Source of the DNA: a virus
Lineage: Duplodnaviria > Caudoviricetes
Reading direction: 5' to 3' (one strand)
DNA length: 35,859 nt
Virus record (IMG/VR): IMGVR_UViG_3300023105_002895
Coordinates: 1-35,859 of that record
Part shown: positions 25,605-34,591 of the stretch, piece by piece
Layout of the letters: every line of letters starts with the position of its first letter
Position numbering within the stretch: the first letter of the stretch is position 1
Position numbers and translations under genes: made by a program
The notes under the pieces: generated by a model
The model's database searches: none
The model's input: only the letters and a program-made list of their open reading frames with translations
What the model was told of the DNA's origin: nothing

Positions 25605-27653
25605 ATGAAATTCTTATCGCATTGGACTTTAGCTTTTATAACGGTAATTGGTGTATTTGTATTTCATTTATCTAATAATTTTGTAGTAGAAACAATGCGG
25701 TTAAAAAGTTTTGACTTGCTACAGCAAAATGACAATATTATACATAGTAAAGATATTGGCATAGTAGAAATAGACGAAGCAAGCATAGAAACATATGGCC
25801 AATGGCCGTGGAAACGAACAGTGCTTGCAGATTTAATATGGCAACTACGAGAAGCAGGGGCAGGAATAATAGTCCTGCCTATGCTTTTTTCCGAATATGA
25901 TCGATTAGAAGGAGATCAAGATCTATTAGACTCTCTTGTAGGAAACGGTGTAGTAATTGCACAAAACGGCAGTTTTACAGCTAATCGCAATGGTGTGCCA
26001 CGTGGCGTGGCAAAAATAGGAGACCCATTGCCCTTTCTATTCGAATGGGACGGGATGCTAGGGCCTATACCTGAATTTGGAGATAATGCAGACGGAGTAG
26101 GTGTATTAAACACAGTGCCAGAAATTGACGGAGTTGTACGACGTTTACCGATGTTAATGCGGATAGGCAACGATGTGTATCCTAGTATTGCAATTGAAGT
26201 GATTAGGGTTGCAATGGGCGAACAAAGTTATCAAGTAAAAAGTTCAGAAGGCGGAATAGATAAAATGCGGGTGCCAGGCTATCCGCCTATACAAACTGAC
26301 TCAACAGGTAGGGTATGGTTAAGATGGAATAAGACTTTTGATACAGTAAGTGCTAGCAATCCTGCCCAGTTTAGTAAACTAAAAGGAAAAACAGTGATAA
26401 TTGGCCCTACAGCAGCCGGCATATCTACAATTATAGCATCGCCTTTAGGGGGTCAACAAGTATACATGCCTGCCGCAGTAAGCTTACAAAATATACTCGA
26501 TGGCGATACGATCAGTCGACCTTGGTGGGCACAGTTTTTTGAACTGTGCATAACATTGCTAATAGGCTTTTTTATTGTTTTGATTGGTAGGTTTACTCCA
26601 TATTGGCTAGCAGGTGGCAGTTTGATTGTTTTTGCAAGCGCTGTAGTTTTTGGTGTATGGTATGCATGGAGTAATTATTTGTATTTGCTAGACGGGACTA
26701 TGCCTTTGATAGCTGTTGTGCTTGTCGGCCTTCATAGTGTGTTTACAAGATTTGTACTGGAGTTTTTTGAAAAACAAAAAATTAAAAAACAGTTTGCAGG
26801 TTATGCATCTCCAACTGTGGTTAGGTTACTACAAGAAAATCCAGAATTAATAAAGCATGGCATGAAAAAAGAAGTTAGTATTTGTTTTTCTGATCTTCGT
26901 GGCTTTACTCCATTAGGTGAAAGTTTTGGAGATGATGTACAAGGACTTACTAAAATTATGAATGGTTATATGGATAGCATTACGCAACCTATTCTCGATT
27001 CAGATGGTATGGTAATAAAGTATATAGGGGATGCAAGTATGCATGTACACAATGCGCCAACAGACGATGTAAATCATCCAGATACAGCAGTGCGTACAGG
27101 TTTAAAAATGTTAAGAGCTGTTGAAGAATTTAATAAAAAAATTACAGCAGAAGGAAGACCACCGGTTGGAATGGGAGCTGGCATTAATACAGGCCTTGGC
27201 TATCTTGGAGAAATGGGGTCAACAAAAAGACACTCATACGATGTGTTAGGTGACGCTGTTTCCACCGCAGCAAGAATTGAATCTAAATGCAAAGAGTACG
27301 GATGCCTTTTACTAGTAGGCGGAGCTACTGTTGAAAAATGTAAAGAAGATTGGTTTTTCTTGAAAATAGATGACCTAGCAGTTAAAGGCAAATCAGTCGG
27401 CATACCTATATATACTGTACTAGACTATGTTACTCCTGCATACCTAAATGCTAAAAAACAGCACGAAAAAATGCATGAATTATATAGAGCACAGCAGTTT
27501 GACAATGCAATTGAACTTTGTAAATCACTCAAAACAGAGTTTGAAGGCCGTATGCAAGACTATTACGCTATGTGGATAGAACGTTGTGAATATCAAAAAA
27601 CGCAAGATCTACCTATAGACTGGAATGGCGTGTTTATAGCTACAACAAAGTAA
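25605..27653 (+). CDS. CHASE2-domain class III adenylate/guanylate cyclase
   Basis: CHASE2: IVEIDEASIETYGQWPWKR, DGVVRRLP. Three TM helices. Cyclase: FSDLRGFT, KYIGDA, GAGINTG, YDVLGDAVSTAARIE, VKGK. AGGA RBS before the ATG at 25605. Confidence 0.92.
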   Translation: MKFLSHWTLAFITVIGVFVFHLSNNFVVETMRLKSFDLLQQNDNIIHSKDIGIVEIDEASIETYGQWPWKRTVLADLIWQLREAGAGIIVLPMLFSEYDRLEGDQDLLDSLVGNGVVIAQNGSFTANRNGVPRGVAKIGDPLPFLFEWDGMLGPIPEFGDNADGVGVLNTVPEIDGVVRRLPMLMRIGNDVYPSIAIEVIRVAMGEQSYQVKSSEGGIDKMRVPGYPPIQTDSTGRVWLRWNKTFDTVSASNPAQFSKLKGKTVIIGPTAAGISTIIASPLGGQQVYMPAAVSLQNILDGDTISRPWWAQFFELCITLLIGFFIVLIGRFTPYWLAGGSLIVFASAVVFGVWYAWSNYLYLLDGTMPLIAVVLVGLHSVFTRFVLEFFEKQKIKKQFAGYASPTVVRLLQENPELIKHGMKKEVSICFSDLRGFTPLGESFGDDVQGLTKIMNGYMDSITQPILDSDGMVIKYIGDASMHVHNAPTDDVNHPDTAVRTGLKMLRAVEEFNKKITAEGRPPVGMGAGINTGLGYLGEMGSTKRHSYDVLGDAVSTAARIESKCKEYGCLLLVGGATVEKCKEDWFFLKIDDLAVKGKSVGIPIYTVLDYVTPAYLNAKKQHEKMHELYRAQQFDNAIELCKSLKTEFEGRMQDYYAMWIERCEYQKTQDLPIDWNGVFIATTK

Positions 27654-27764
27654 TTATAAATTATTAAAAAAATAAAACATTAGTAAGTTTGTTATAATAC
27701 CTACACCAAATACATAATGCATCACCCATCTAGGTAGTTTTTTTGTTTTTGGTGTCTTTATCAC
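27654..27764 (-). CDS. Small membrane peptide, 36 aa (not in ORF track)
   Basis: GTGA overlap with the 27761 stop. Basic N-terminus, then WVMHYVFGVGIITNLLMFYFF. Confidence 0.45.
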   Translation of the reverse strand: MIKTPKTKKLPRWVMHYVFGVGIITNLLMFYFFNNL

Positions 27765-28108
27765 AAGTTTTTTTTAGTTGTAGACTTCCCTGAGCTATCG
27801 AATTTAGTCGATTTAGAGCCATAACGGGAAATAATTTCATCTAGTTCTTCTTGCTGCTCTTCATTTAATTTACTTTTGTATTCTAGTGCTATTTGCAATT
27901 TTTGATTTAATCTTATCATATCATTATCTAACATTCGCACACGATCTATAAGAGCAACTAAACTCCCCATTGCACCGTCAATTACTGGTTGCACATTAGT
28001 AGTAGCCCATACCCATATATAGTAAATAAAATAACCTAATCCTACAGCAGCAACAATTGGAAAACCAAATTGACTTATGAGTGCGCCAATATCATCCATT
28101 TTTTTCAT
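27761..28108 (-). CDS. Small membrane plus coiled-coil protein (paralog A)
   Basis: LISQFGFPIVAAVGLGYFIYYIW...LIDRVRMLDNDMIRL. Confidence 0.75.
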   Translation of the reverse strand: MKKMDDIGALISQFGFPIVAAVGLGYFIYYIWVWATTNVQPVIDGAMGSLVALIDRVRMLDNDMIRLNQKLQIALEYKSKLNEEQQEELDEIISRYGSKSTKFDSSGKSTTKKNL

Positions 28109-28286
28109 CCTCGGGATTACACCGAATTAACCATCCTTGACGATCCACAATAAATCTATCACCTGGTTTGTACAAAGGCTTTTGTTTTTCGACACCCGCC
28201 CGGTCTTGCCATGCTTCGCCTGGCCATTCTCCGACTACACGCCATGCGGTACCGATTTGATCGAGATCATAACCTATCCATCTCAT
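28092..28286 (-). CDS. Hypothetical protein
   Basis: 64 aa, overlapping both neighbours in the operon. Confidence 0.6.
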   Translation of the reverse strand: MRWIGYDLDQIGTAWRVVGEWPGEAWQDRAGVEKQKPLYKPGDRFIVDRQGWLIRCNPEDEKNG

Positions 28287-28567
28287 TAGTCTCTCCTTGC
28301 ATCTTCTTTTCCCTCATTTGCTGCTATTCTGTCTACATTAGGTTTTAGACCCAACGCATAAGAAAGCAGAGCGTCTATTTTCACTAGATCATTATTCATT
28401 GTTTGGACTCTGTTCTCTAAGCTTTTTATAATGCCAGCTAGAGTTTGTACAGAACCAGTTACTCCGTCTAGAATAAATTTGATGGTTAGAAAAACAAGAT
28501 ACCCGCCGGCGAGCGCCCCTACAATAGGGAATCCAACTTCGGATATAAGCTGAAATATGCCTTCCAT
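28286..28567 (-). CDS. Small membrane plus coiled-coil protein (paralog B)
   Basis: LISEVGFPIVGALAGGYLVF...LENRVQTMNNDLVKI. GGAGG RBS. TAAATA at 28591-28596. Confidence 0.75.
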   Translation of the reverse strand: MEGIFQLISEVGFPIVGALAGGYLVFLTIKFILDGVTGSVQTLAGIIKSLENRVQTMNNDLVKIDALLSYALGLKPNVDRIAANEGKEDARRD

Positions 28568-28633
28568 AGTACCCCCTCCTGTACTATTTGTATTTAGCGA
28601 ATCAGATAAATATTAAAAACAGGAAGGTACCCA

Positions 28634-30265
28634 ATGGCTGTAGTTCAAATAAGCAAAATTCAAGTAAGACGTGGTCAAAAAAATCAAGGCACTGGCATAC
28701 CGCAATTAGCTAGTGGTGAGTTTGGTTGGGCAGTAGATAGCCAAGAGTTATTCATAGGTAATGGAGCTGTAAGTGAAGGTGCTCCAGCGGTAGGTAACAC
28801 TCAAATTTTGACAACTAACGCTGATATTTTTGCTTTGGCAGATGAATATTCATATAATAAAGATTTAGGATATATTAAAACTGGGCTTATTGACAACACT
28901 AAAAGAAAACTGCAAGATAAGCTAGACGATTTTGTGTCAGCAGCTGATTTTGGGATGACCGGTGTTAGCACACAAGATGTTACTGAACTTCTACAAAATG
29001 CCCTAGACCAACTTTATATAAATGACGCAATCAAAGGTACAGAATCAAGCAGAGTAACTCTTTACTTTCCTGCAGGTGTTTATAGTATTTCTAATACAAT
29101 ATATTTGCCGCCTAGTGCTAGATTAGTCGGACATGGTATAGATAACACAGTCATAAGAAACACAGGATCACAATCAGCAGTTTTTACAACTGTAAATTTA
29201 GACAGTGAGCCAGGTTCTTATGCAGATCACAGTACAACTACTTCTGTTAATCAAAACTCTAATTTAGCAATAGAAAATCTTACAGTACAAACATTTGAAA
29301 CTAATAATGTATTTGTATTAAACAGTACAAAAGACAGTAAATTTTCGAATGTAAAAATCAAAGGCACGTGGACAAGCGGCGATAGTGTTGATATTTCTAA
29401 TAGTGCTTTTATATTGAATAATTTAAGTGCTAGCATACAAACAAAAAATAATGTATTTTATAACTGCTTTGTTGAAAATATGTCGTACGCTGTGTACAGT
29501 GATTGGGATACAAATTTTAATGAATGGCATAATTGTACTTTTTACGATTTAGGACTTGGCTTTGCATTTGGCATAGGAGTTACATCACTTGATAGTTCTC
29601 CTAGTAGTGGCATAAGAACTGGTGCTGAACATAATGTAATTGATTCTTGTTATTTTAAAGATATAAGTCGTCATGGATTGTATTTTGCATATGGATCATA
29701 TAACACAAGCAAAAATAATAAATTTGAATTTGTAGGCAACAATCACGGAGCAGATTATTCTTCTCTATACCCAGTTATCGAATTTGATGGTAGACAAAAC
29801 ATCAGCAAAAACGATTGGTTTTCTAGAGTTGAAAGCCTAAGTGCTGATATGGGAAATGTAGGTAGTGAGTATAATCCTGAAATAAAAGGATCGATTAATC
29901 ACACGGGAGATAATTATGCTTACACTACTATTCAGCAATCCAGTGTATACAGCACAAAATTAAGATTTGCAGCAGAAGCTTCGGCAGCTTCGCAACAATT
30001 TGAAATTTCTTATTTTTTAAATAGTTTAAACTATGCTATGACTAGATCCGGAACTTTACTACTTACTGTTAACAATAGTAATGGAACAGTGAAATTAAGT
30101 GACGAATACGATTATAATGGCGATAGTGATAAAGAAACAGATATTTTGTTTGGAGCTACACTTACTTCTATAAACTCAGTAGCTCATATAAATATTTCCG
30201 TTAAAAGCACAATGCCTAGTGATGATAATACAGAACTGAAATATTCTATAAAATTAATAAAATAA
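28634..30265 (+). CDS. Tail spike-like protein: Mtd-N-like N-terminus plus pectate-lyase-type beta-helix
   Basis: IQVRRG...PQLASGEFGWAVD, RKLQDKLDDFVSAADFG, LYFPAGVY, then parallel beta-helix repeats. TAAATA at 28607. Confidence 0.75.
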   Translation: MAVVQISKIQVRRGQKNQGTGIPQLASGEFGWAVDSQELFIGNGAVSEGAPAVGNTQILTTNADIFALADEYSYNKDLGYIKTGLIDNTKRKLQDKLDDFVSAADFGMTGVSTQDVTELLQNALDQLYINDAIKGTESSRVTLYFPAGVYSISNTIYLPPSARLVGHGIDNTVIRNTGSQSAVFTTVNLDSEPGSYADHSTTTSVNQNSNLAIENLTVQTFETNNVFVLNSTKDSKFSNVKIKGTWTSGDSVDISNSAFILNNLSASIQTKNNVFYNCFVENMSYAVYSDWDTNFNEWHNCTFYDLGLGFAFGIGVTSLDSSPSSGIRTGAEHNVIDSCYFKDISRHGLYFAYGSYNTSKNNKFEFVGNNHGADYSSLYPVIEFDGRQNISKNDWFSRVESLSADMGNVGSEYNPEIKGSINHTGDNYAYTTIQQSSVYSTKLRFAAEASAASQQFEISYFLNSLNYAMTRSGTLLLTVNNSNGTVKLSDEYDYNGDSDKETDILFGATLTSINSVAHINISVKSTMPSDDNTELKYSIKLIK

Positions 30266-30337
30266 TTTCTTAATTTCAAATAACCAATAGTATTACTGCT
30301 ACCAATTTTAGGATACATATAATACTTAAGAAAAAAG

Positions 30338-30366
30338 TTGACCTTTTCTTATTTCCACATTATAAT
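30338..30366 (+). promoter_or_regulatory. Sigma70-type promoter of the nrd operon
   Basis: TTGACC-17-TATAAT. Confidence 0.75.
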
Positions 30367-30387
30367 AAACAAAATTACGGAGTAGCT

Positions 30388-32703
30388 ATGAATCGAGAAA
30401 TAATGATCGTCAAGCGTGATGGATCTCGTGAACCACTTGACATTGAAAAAATTCATTTTGTTGTTGAAAATGCATGCGAGGGCTTAGCCGGAGTAAGTAG
30501 TAGTCAAATTGAAATGAATGCAAATATTCAATTTTACAATGGCATGTCTACACAGGAAATCCAAGAAGTTTTAATTCGAAGTGCTAGTGATCTTATAACT
30601 TTAGATTCACCTAATTATCAATATGCAGCAGCAAGACTTTTAAGTTATGGCTTGTACAAGCAGGTAAATGGGCAATATGAAAGTGTTACACTACAAGAAA
30701 TAATCGAAAAAAATATTGCAAAAAAAGTCTACGATAAAAGTATACTCGATTACTACTCAAAGGAAGAAATAGAAAAGCTTAATAGTTATATTCATCACAG
30801 GCGTGATGAGAACTTTACTTACGCTGGATTGCGTCAAGTAGTAGATAAGTACCTAGTACAAGACAGATCTAGTGGCGAAATTTTTGAAACACCACAGTTT
30901 ATGTACATGATGATTGCAGCTACTTTGTTTGCTGATTATCCAAAAGAAACAAGACTGCAATATGTTAAAAGGTACTATGATGCAATTTCTCTTTTCAAAG
31001 TTAACATTCCTACTCCCGTTATGGCAGGAGTTAGAACGCCGCTTCGTCAGTTTGCAAGCTGTGTGCTTGTGGATAGTAACGACACTTTGGACAGTATCTT
31101 TTCTAGTGATATGGCTATTGGTAGGTATACTGCTCAACGTGCTGGTATTGGCATCAATGCTGGGCGCATTCGCGGCGTTAACAGTAAAATCCGTGGCGGA
31201 GAAGTTGCGCACACTGGTGTTGTTCCGTTCCTAAAGAAATTTGAATCTACCGTACGCTGTTGTACACAAAACGGTGTGCGTGGAGGAAGTGCTACAGTTC
31301 ATTTCCCGTTGTGGCATCAGGAAATAGAAGATATTCTTGTGCTGAAAAACAACAAAGGCACAGAAGATAGTCGTGTTCGTAAGCTCGACTACTCAATTCA
31401 ACTTAACCTTACAATGTATGAACGTCTTTTAAGTGGGGAGGACATTACGCTATTCTCCCCACACGATGTACCTGGTTTGTACGAAGCATACTTCGGCGAT
31501 CCAGATGAGTTCGAAGCCCTATATACTAAGTATGAAAACAGTCGATCAATTCCAAAGAAGAAAATTCCTGCAATGGAACTGTTTTCTGAACTGATTAAAG
31601 AACGTGCCGAAACCGGCCGTATTTACATTATGAATGTAGACCACGCTAATACTCACAGCTCTTTTCTTGACCCAGTGTTTATGAGTAACCTGTGTCAAGA
31701 AATTACACTACCAACTACTCCACTAGAACATATTGACGATGCTGATGGCGAAATTGCACTATGTATTTTAAGCGCAATTAACGTTGGAGTCATTACTGAT
31801 TTAAGTGATCTAGAACCTCTCTGTGATTTAGCTGTACGGGCACTTGAACAAATTATTGACTATCAAAAATATCCAGTAAAGGCTGCTGAAACCTCCACTA
31901 AGGCTCGCCGGTCGCTAGGTATTGGTTATGTAGGACTTGCACACTTCCTTGCAAAAAATAAAGTATCATACGAGGATAATGAAGCAGCGCAACTAGTGCA
32001 CAGACTTACTGAAAGTTTCCAGTACTATTTGTTGAAAGCTTCAAACCAACTAGCACAAGAACGTGGCGAGTGCGAATACTTTGACCGCACAAAGTATAGC
32101 AAAGGCATTTTACCAATCGACACCTATAAAAAAGATGTTGATGAAGCAATTGGTAACGTAGAGCTAGAACTTGATTGGGAAACACTACGAGAAGATATTA
32201 CAACTTGGGGATTACGACATAGCACACTTTCGGCACAGATGCCAAGTGAAAGTTCTAGTGTTGTTTGTAATGCTACAAATGGCATTGAACCTCCTAGAGG
32301 ATATTTAAGTATCAAGAAAAGTAAAAAGGGTCCACTCAAACAGATTGTGCCTCAATATCAATCACTTAAACAGCACTACACATTGCTTTGGGACATGCAA
32401 GGCAATGCTGGATATATTAAAATTGTAGCAGCTATGCAAAAGTTTTTTGATCAAGCAATATCTGCAAATTGGAGTTATAATCCAGTACAATACCCGGACA
32501 ACGAAGTACCAATGAGTGTAATGATGCAAGACTTACTAACTACCTACAAGCTTGGTTGGAAGACAAGCTACTATCAAAACACTTACGATTACAAAGTTGA
32601 CCCTTCTGAGATAATCGAAGAAGAGCCTAAATTAGAAGAAACAATTATTATTTCTTCAAATCAACCCGAGGAAGATGAAATGTGTGAGGCATGCGCAATA
32701 TGA
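30388..32703 (+). CDS. nrdA: Ribonucleotide reductase class Ia alpha subunit
   Basis: ATP cone (IVKRDGSREP), PTPVMAG, QFASCVL, SNLCQEI, KTSYY and a C-terminal CEAC. Confidence 0.97.
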   Translation: MNREIMIVKRDGSREPLDIEKIHFVVENACEGLAGVSSSQIEMNANIQFYNGMSTQEIQEVLIRSASDLITLDSPNYQYAAARLLSYGLYKQVNGQYESVTLQEIIEKNIAKKVYDKSILDYYSKEEIEKLNSYIHHRRDENFTYAGLRQVVDKYLVQDRSSGEIFETPQFMYMMIAATLFADYPKETRLQYVKRYYDAISLFKVNIPTPVMAGVRTPLRQFASCVLVDSNDTLDSIFSSDMAIGRYTAQRAGIGINAGRIRGVNSKIRGGEVAHTGVVPFLKKFESTVRCCTQNGVRGGSATVHFPLWHQEIEDILVLKNNKGTEDSRVRKLDYSIQLNLTMYERLLSGEDITLFSPHDVPGLYEAYFGDPDEFEALYTKYENSRSIPKKKIPAMELFSELIKERAETGRIYIMNVDHANTHSSFLDPVFMSNLCQEITLPTTPLEHIDDADGEIALCILSAINVGVITDLSDLEPLCDLAVRALEQIIDYQKYPVKAAETSTKARRSLGIGYVGLAHFLAKNKVSYEDNEAAQLVHRLTESFQYYLLKASNQLAQERGECEYFDRTKYSKGILPIDTYKKDVDEAIGNVELELDWETLREDITTWGLRHSTLSAQMPSESSSVVCNATNGIEPPRGYLSIKKSKKGPLKQIVPQYQSLKQHYTLLWDMQGNAGYIKIVAAMQKFFDQAISANWSYNPVQYPDNEVPMSVMMQDLLTTYKLGWKTSYYQNTYDYKVDPSEIIEEEPKLEETIIISSNQPEEDEMCEACAI

Positions 32704-33803
32704 GCAAGACCGTATTTAATCAAGAGAAAGTAGACTTTACTAAACAGAATATGTTTTTTGGTGCTGAGCAAAACACTCAGCGTTACGATGTGTTTAAGTT
32801 TCCTGTGTTTGATAAATTAAATCAAACTATGCTAGGATATTTTTGGAGACCGGAAGAAGTTAGCTTACAAAAAGATCGAGCAGACTACGCAAACTTTAGA
32901 CCAGAACAAAAACATATTTTTACAGCTAACTTAAAGTATCAGACTCTACTTGATTCAGTACAAGGTCGCGGACCATGTCTCAGCTTCTTGCCTCATGTTA
33001 GTATTCCTGAGTTAGAAGGCTGTATTGTAACTTGGGACTTCTTTGAAACCATTCATTCACGTAGCTATACACACATCATGAAAAACATTTATGCTGATCC
33101 AAGTGAAGTGCTTGACACTATTCTTGAAGACGATCGTATTATTGAACGTGCTGTGAGTGTAACTAAAAACTATGATGCGTTTAACGAAGCAAGCGACAAT
33201 TGGTTCCACCATAAAAAAGGATCCATGCGTGAAGTAAAGAAAAAACTTTACTTGGCAATGATGAATGTAAACATTCTCGAGGGCTTACGCTTCTATGTTT
33301 CATTTGCATGTACCTTTGGTTTCGGTGAACTCAAAATGATGGAAGGCAGTGCTAAGATTATTTCGCTTATTGCTCGTGACGAAGCGCAACATCTAGCCTT
33401 AACTACGCATATTTTAAAACTATGGGCGCAAGGCAAGGACGATCCTGAAATGGTAGACATTGCTAAAGAATGCGAAGAAGAAGTGTATGACATGTGGCGT
33501 GAATGTGTAGCAGAAGAAAAAGCATGGGCTACCTATTTGTTTAAGGACGGTTCTATGATCGGACTAAATGAAACACTTCTACATCAGTATGTAGAATATA
33601 TTGCTAACCGACGCCTAAAAGCAATTGGCTACAATGCTGTTTTTGATGCACCGATCAATACTAATCCACTTCCATGGACACAACACTGGCTAAGTTCTAA
33701 CACACTGCAAGTAGCTCCACAAGAAACCGAAGTCGAGTCATATATTGTAGGTGGTATTAAACAAGACGTAAATAATGACATGTTAAAAGGATTTAAATTA
33801 TAA
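32700..33803 (+). CDS. nrdB: Ribonucleotide reductase class Ia beta subunit
   Basis: FWRPEEV, LLDSVQ, ETIHSRSYT, LEGLRFYVSFAC, RDEAQH, APQETE. ATGA overlap at 32700. Confidence 0.97.
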   Translation: MSKTVFNQEKVDFTKQNMFFGAEQNTQRYDVFKFPVFDKLNQTMLGYFWRPEEVSLQKDRADYANFRPEQKHIFTANLKYQTLLDSVQGRGPCLSFLPHVSIPELEGCIVTWDFFETIHSRSYTHIMKNIYADPSEVLDTILEDDRIIERAVSVTKNYDAFNEASDNWFHHKKGSMREVKKKLYLAMMNVNILEGLRFYVSFACTFGFGELKMMEGSAKIISLIARDEAQHLALTTHILKLWAQGKDDPEMVDIAKECEEEVYDMWRECVAEEKAWATYLFKDGSMIGLNETLLHQYVEYIANRRLKAIGYNAVFDAPINTNPLPWTQHWLSSNTLQVAPQETEVESYIVGGIKQDVNNDMLKGFKL

Positions 33804-34093
33804 TGCTTATTGAAGCACCATTCAAAACAGGAGACACAGTGTCTCTAAAATTAACTAGTGGCGAAGAAGTTGTAGGTAGATTTGATACTTCTGCCGACGG
33901 TAAAATCACATTAATAAAACCATTAATGATGGTAGTACAACAAAACGGAATCGGTCTTGGGCCATTCATGTTTAGTGTAAGCCCAGAAACTAAGTTTCAG
34001 TTTAGAGAAACAGCAGTAAGTTGCATGGCTAAAACAGAAACAGAAATAGCAAAACAATACACACAATCAACAACTGGTATTGCATTACCATAA
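33803..34093 (+). CDS. Small beta-rich (Sm-like) hypothetical protein
   Basis: GDTVSLKLTSGEEVVG pattern. TAATG-coupled to nrdB. Confidence 0.7.
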   Translation: MLIEAPFKTGDTVSLKLTSGEEVVGRFDTSADGKITLIKPLMMVVQQNGIGLGPFMFSVSPETKFQFRETAVSCMAKTETEIAKQYTQSTTGIALP

Positions 34094-34106
34094 GAAAGGA
34101 CAGGTT

Positions 34107-34346
34107 ATGGATGTTGTAATATGGAGTAAAGCTAACTGCGGATATTGCGAATCTGCAAAGACAATGTTTAAGTCAAGGAATATTGCCTACACTGAAAATA
34201 AAATAGGCGATACGCACACTCGAGAACAACTACTAGAAGCAGTTCCTGATGCAAAAACAGTACCGCAAATTTTTATTGATGGTAATTTAATTGGAGGTTA
34301 TCATCAATTGGATAACTACTTTAACCCAAAGGAGAATACAGAATGA
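34107..34346 (+). CDS. Glutaredoxin
   Basis: WSKANCGYC and TVPQIFIDG.LIGGY. ATG at 34107 after AAAGGA. Confidence 0.93.
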   Translation: MDVVIWSKANCGYCESAKTMFKSRNIAYTENKIGDTHTREQLLEAVPDAKTVPQIFIDGNLIGGYHQLDNYFNPKENTE

Positions 34347-34519
34347 ATTTACATGAACAAATCGTTCACGAATTTAATAACTATTTAAAAGAGGCAGAAC
34401 TGTTTGACGAAAAAGATGTCAAAGCTGCTGCTGTCCGTGCTCGCAAAGCACTAGGTGAAATTGGTAAATTGACCAAAGATCGCAGAAAAGAGATACAAGA
34501 TCGTAAAAATGACCTATAA
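34343..34519 (+). CDS. Hc1/histone-H1-like small protein (not in ORF track)
   Basis: AGGAG RBS, ATGA overlap. MNLHEQIVHEFNNYLKEAELFDEKDVKAAAVRARKALGEIGKLTKDRRKEIQDRKNDL. Confidence 0.7.
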   Translation: MNLHEQIVHEFNNYLKEAELFDEKDVKAAAVRARKALGEIGKLTKDRRKEIQDRKNDL

Positions 34520-34591
34520 TTGCACGTTATAGGCGATAAATAATATGTGCAAACTAAATAAAAACAGTTTTTTAAATGGAGGGAAAACCAA

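Noticed and set aside
19122-27653. Bacterial chromosomal origin of the metabolic and curli genes
   Set aside because: They are interleaved with phage nuclease and tail genes, share the same composition, and the curli cassette uses the same TAAATA promoter.
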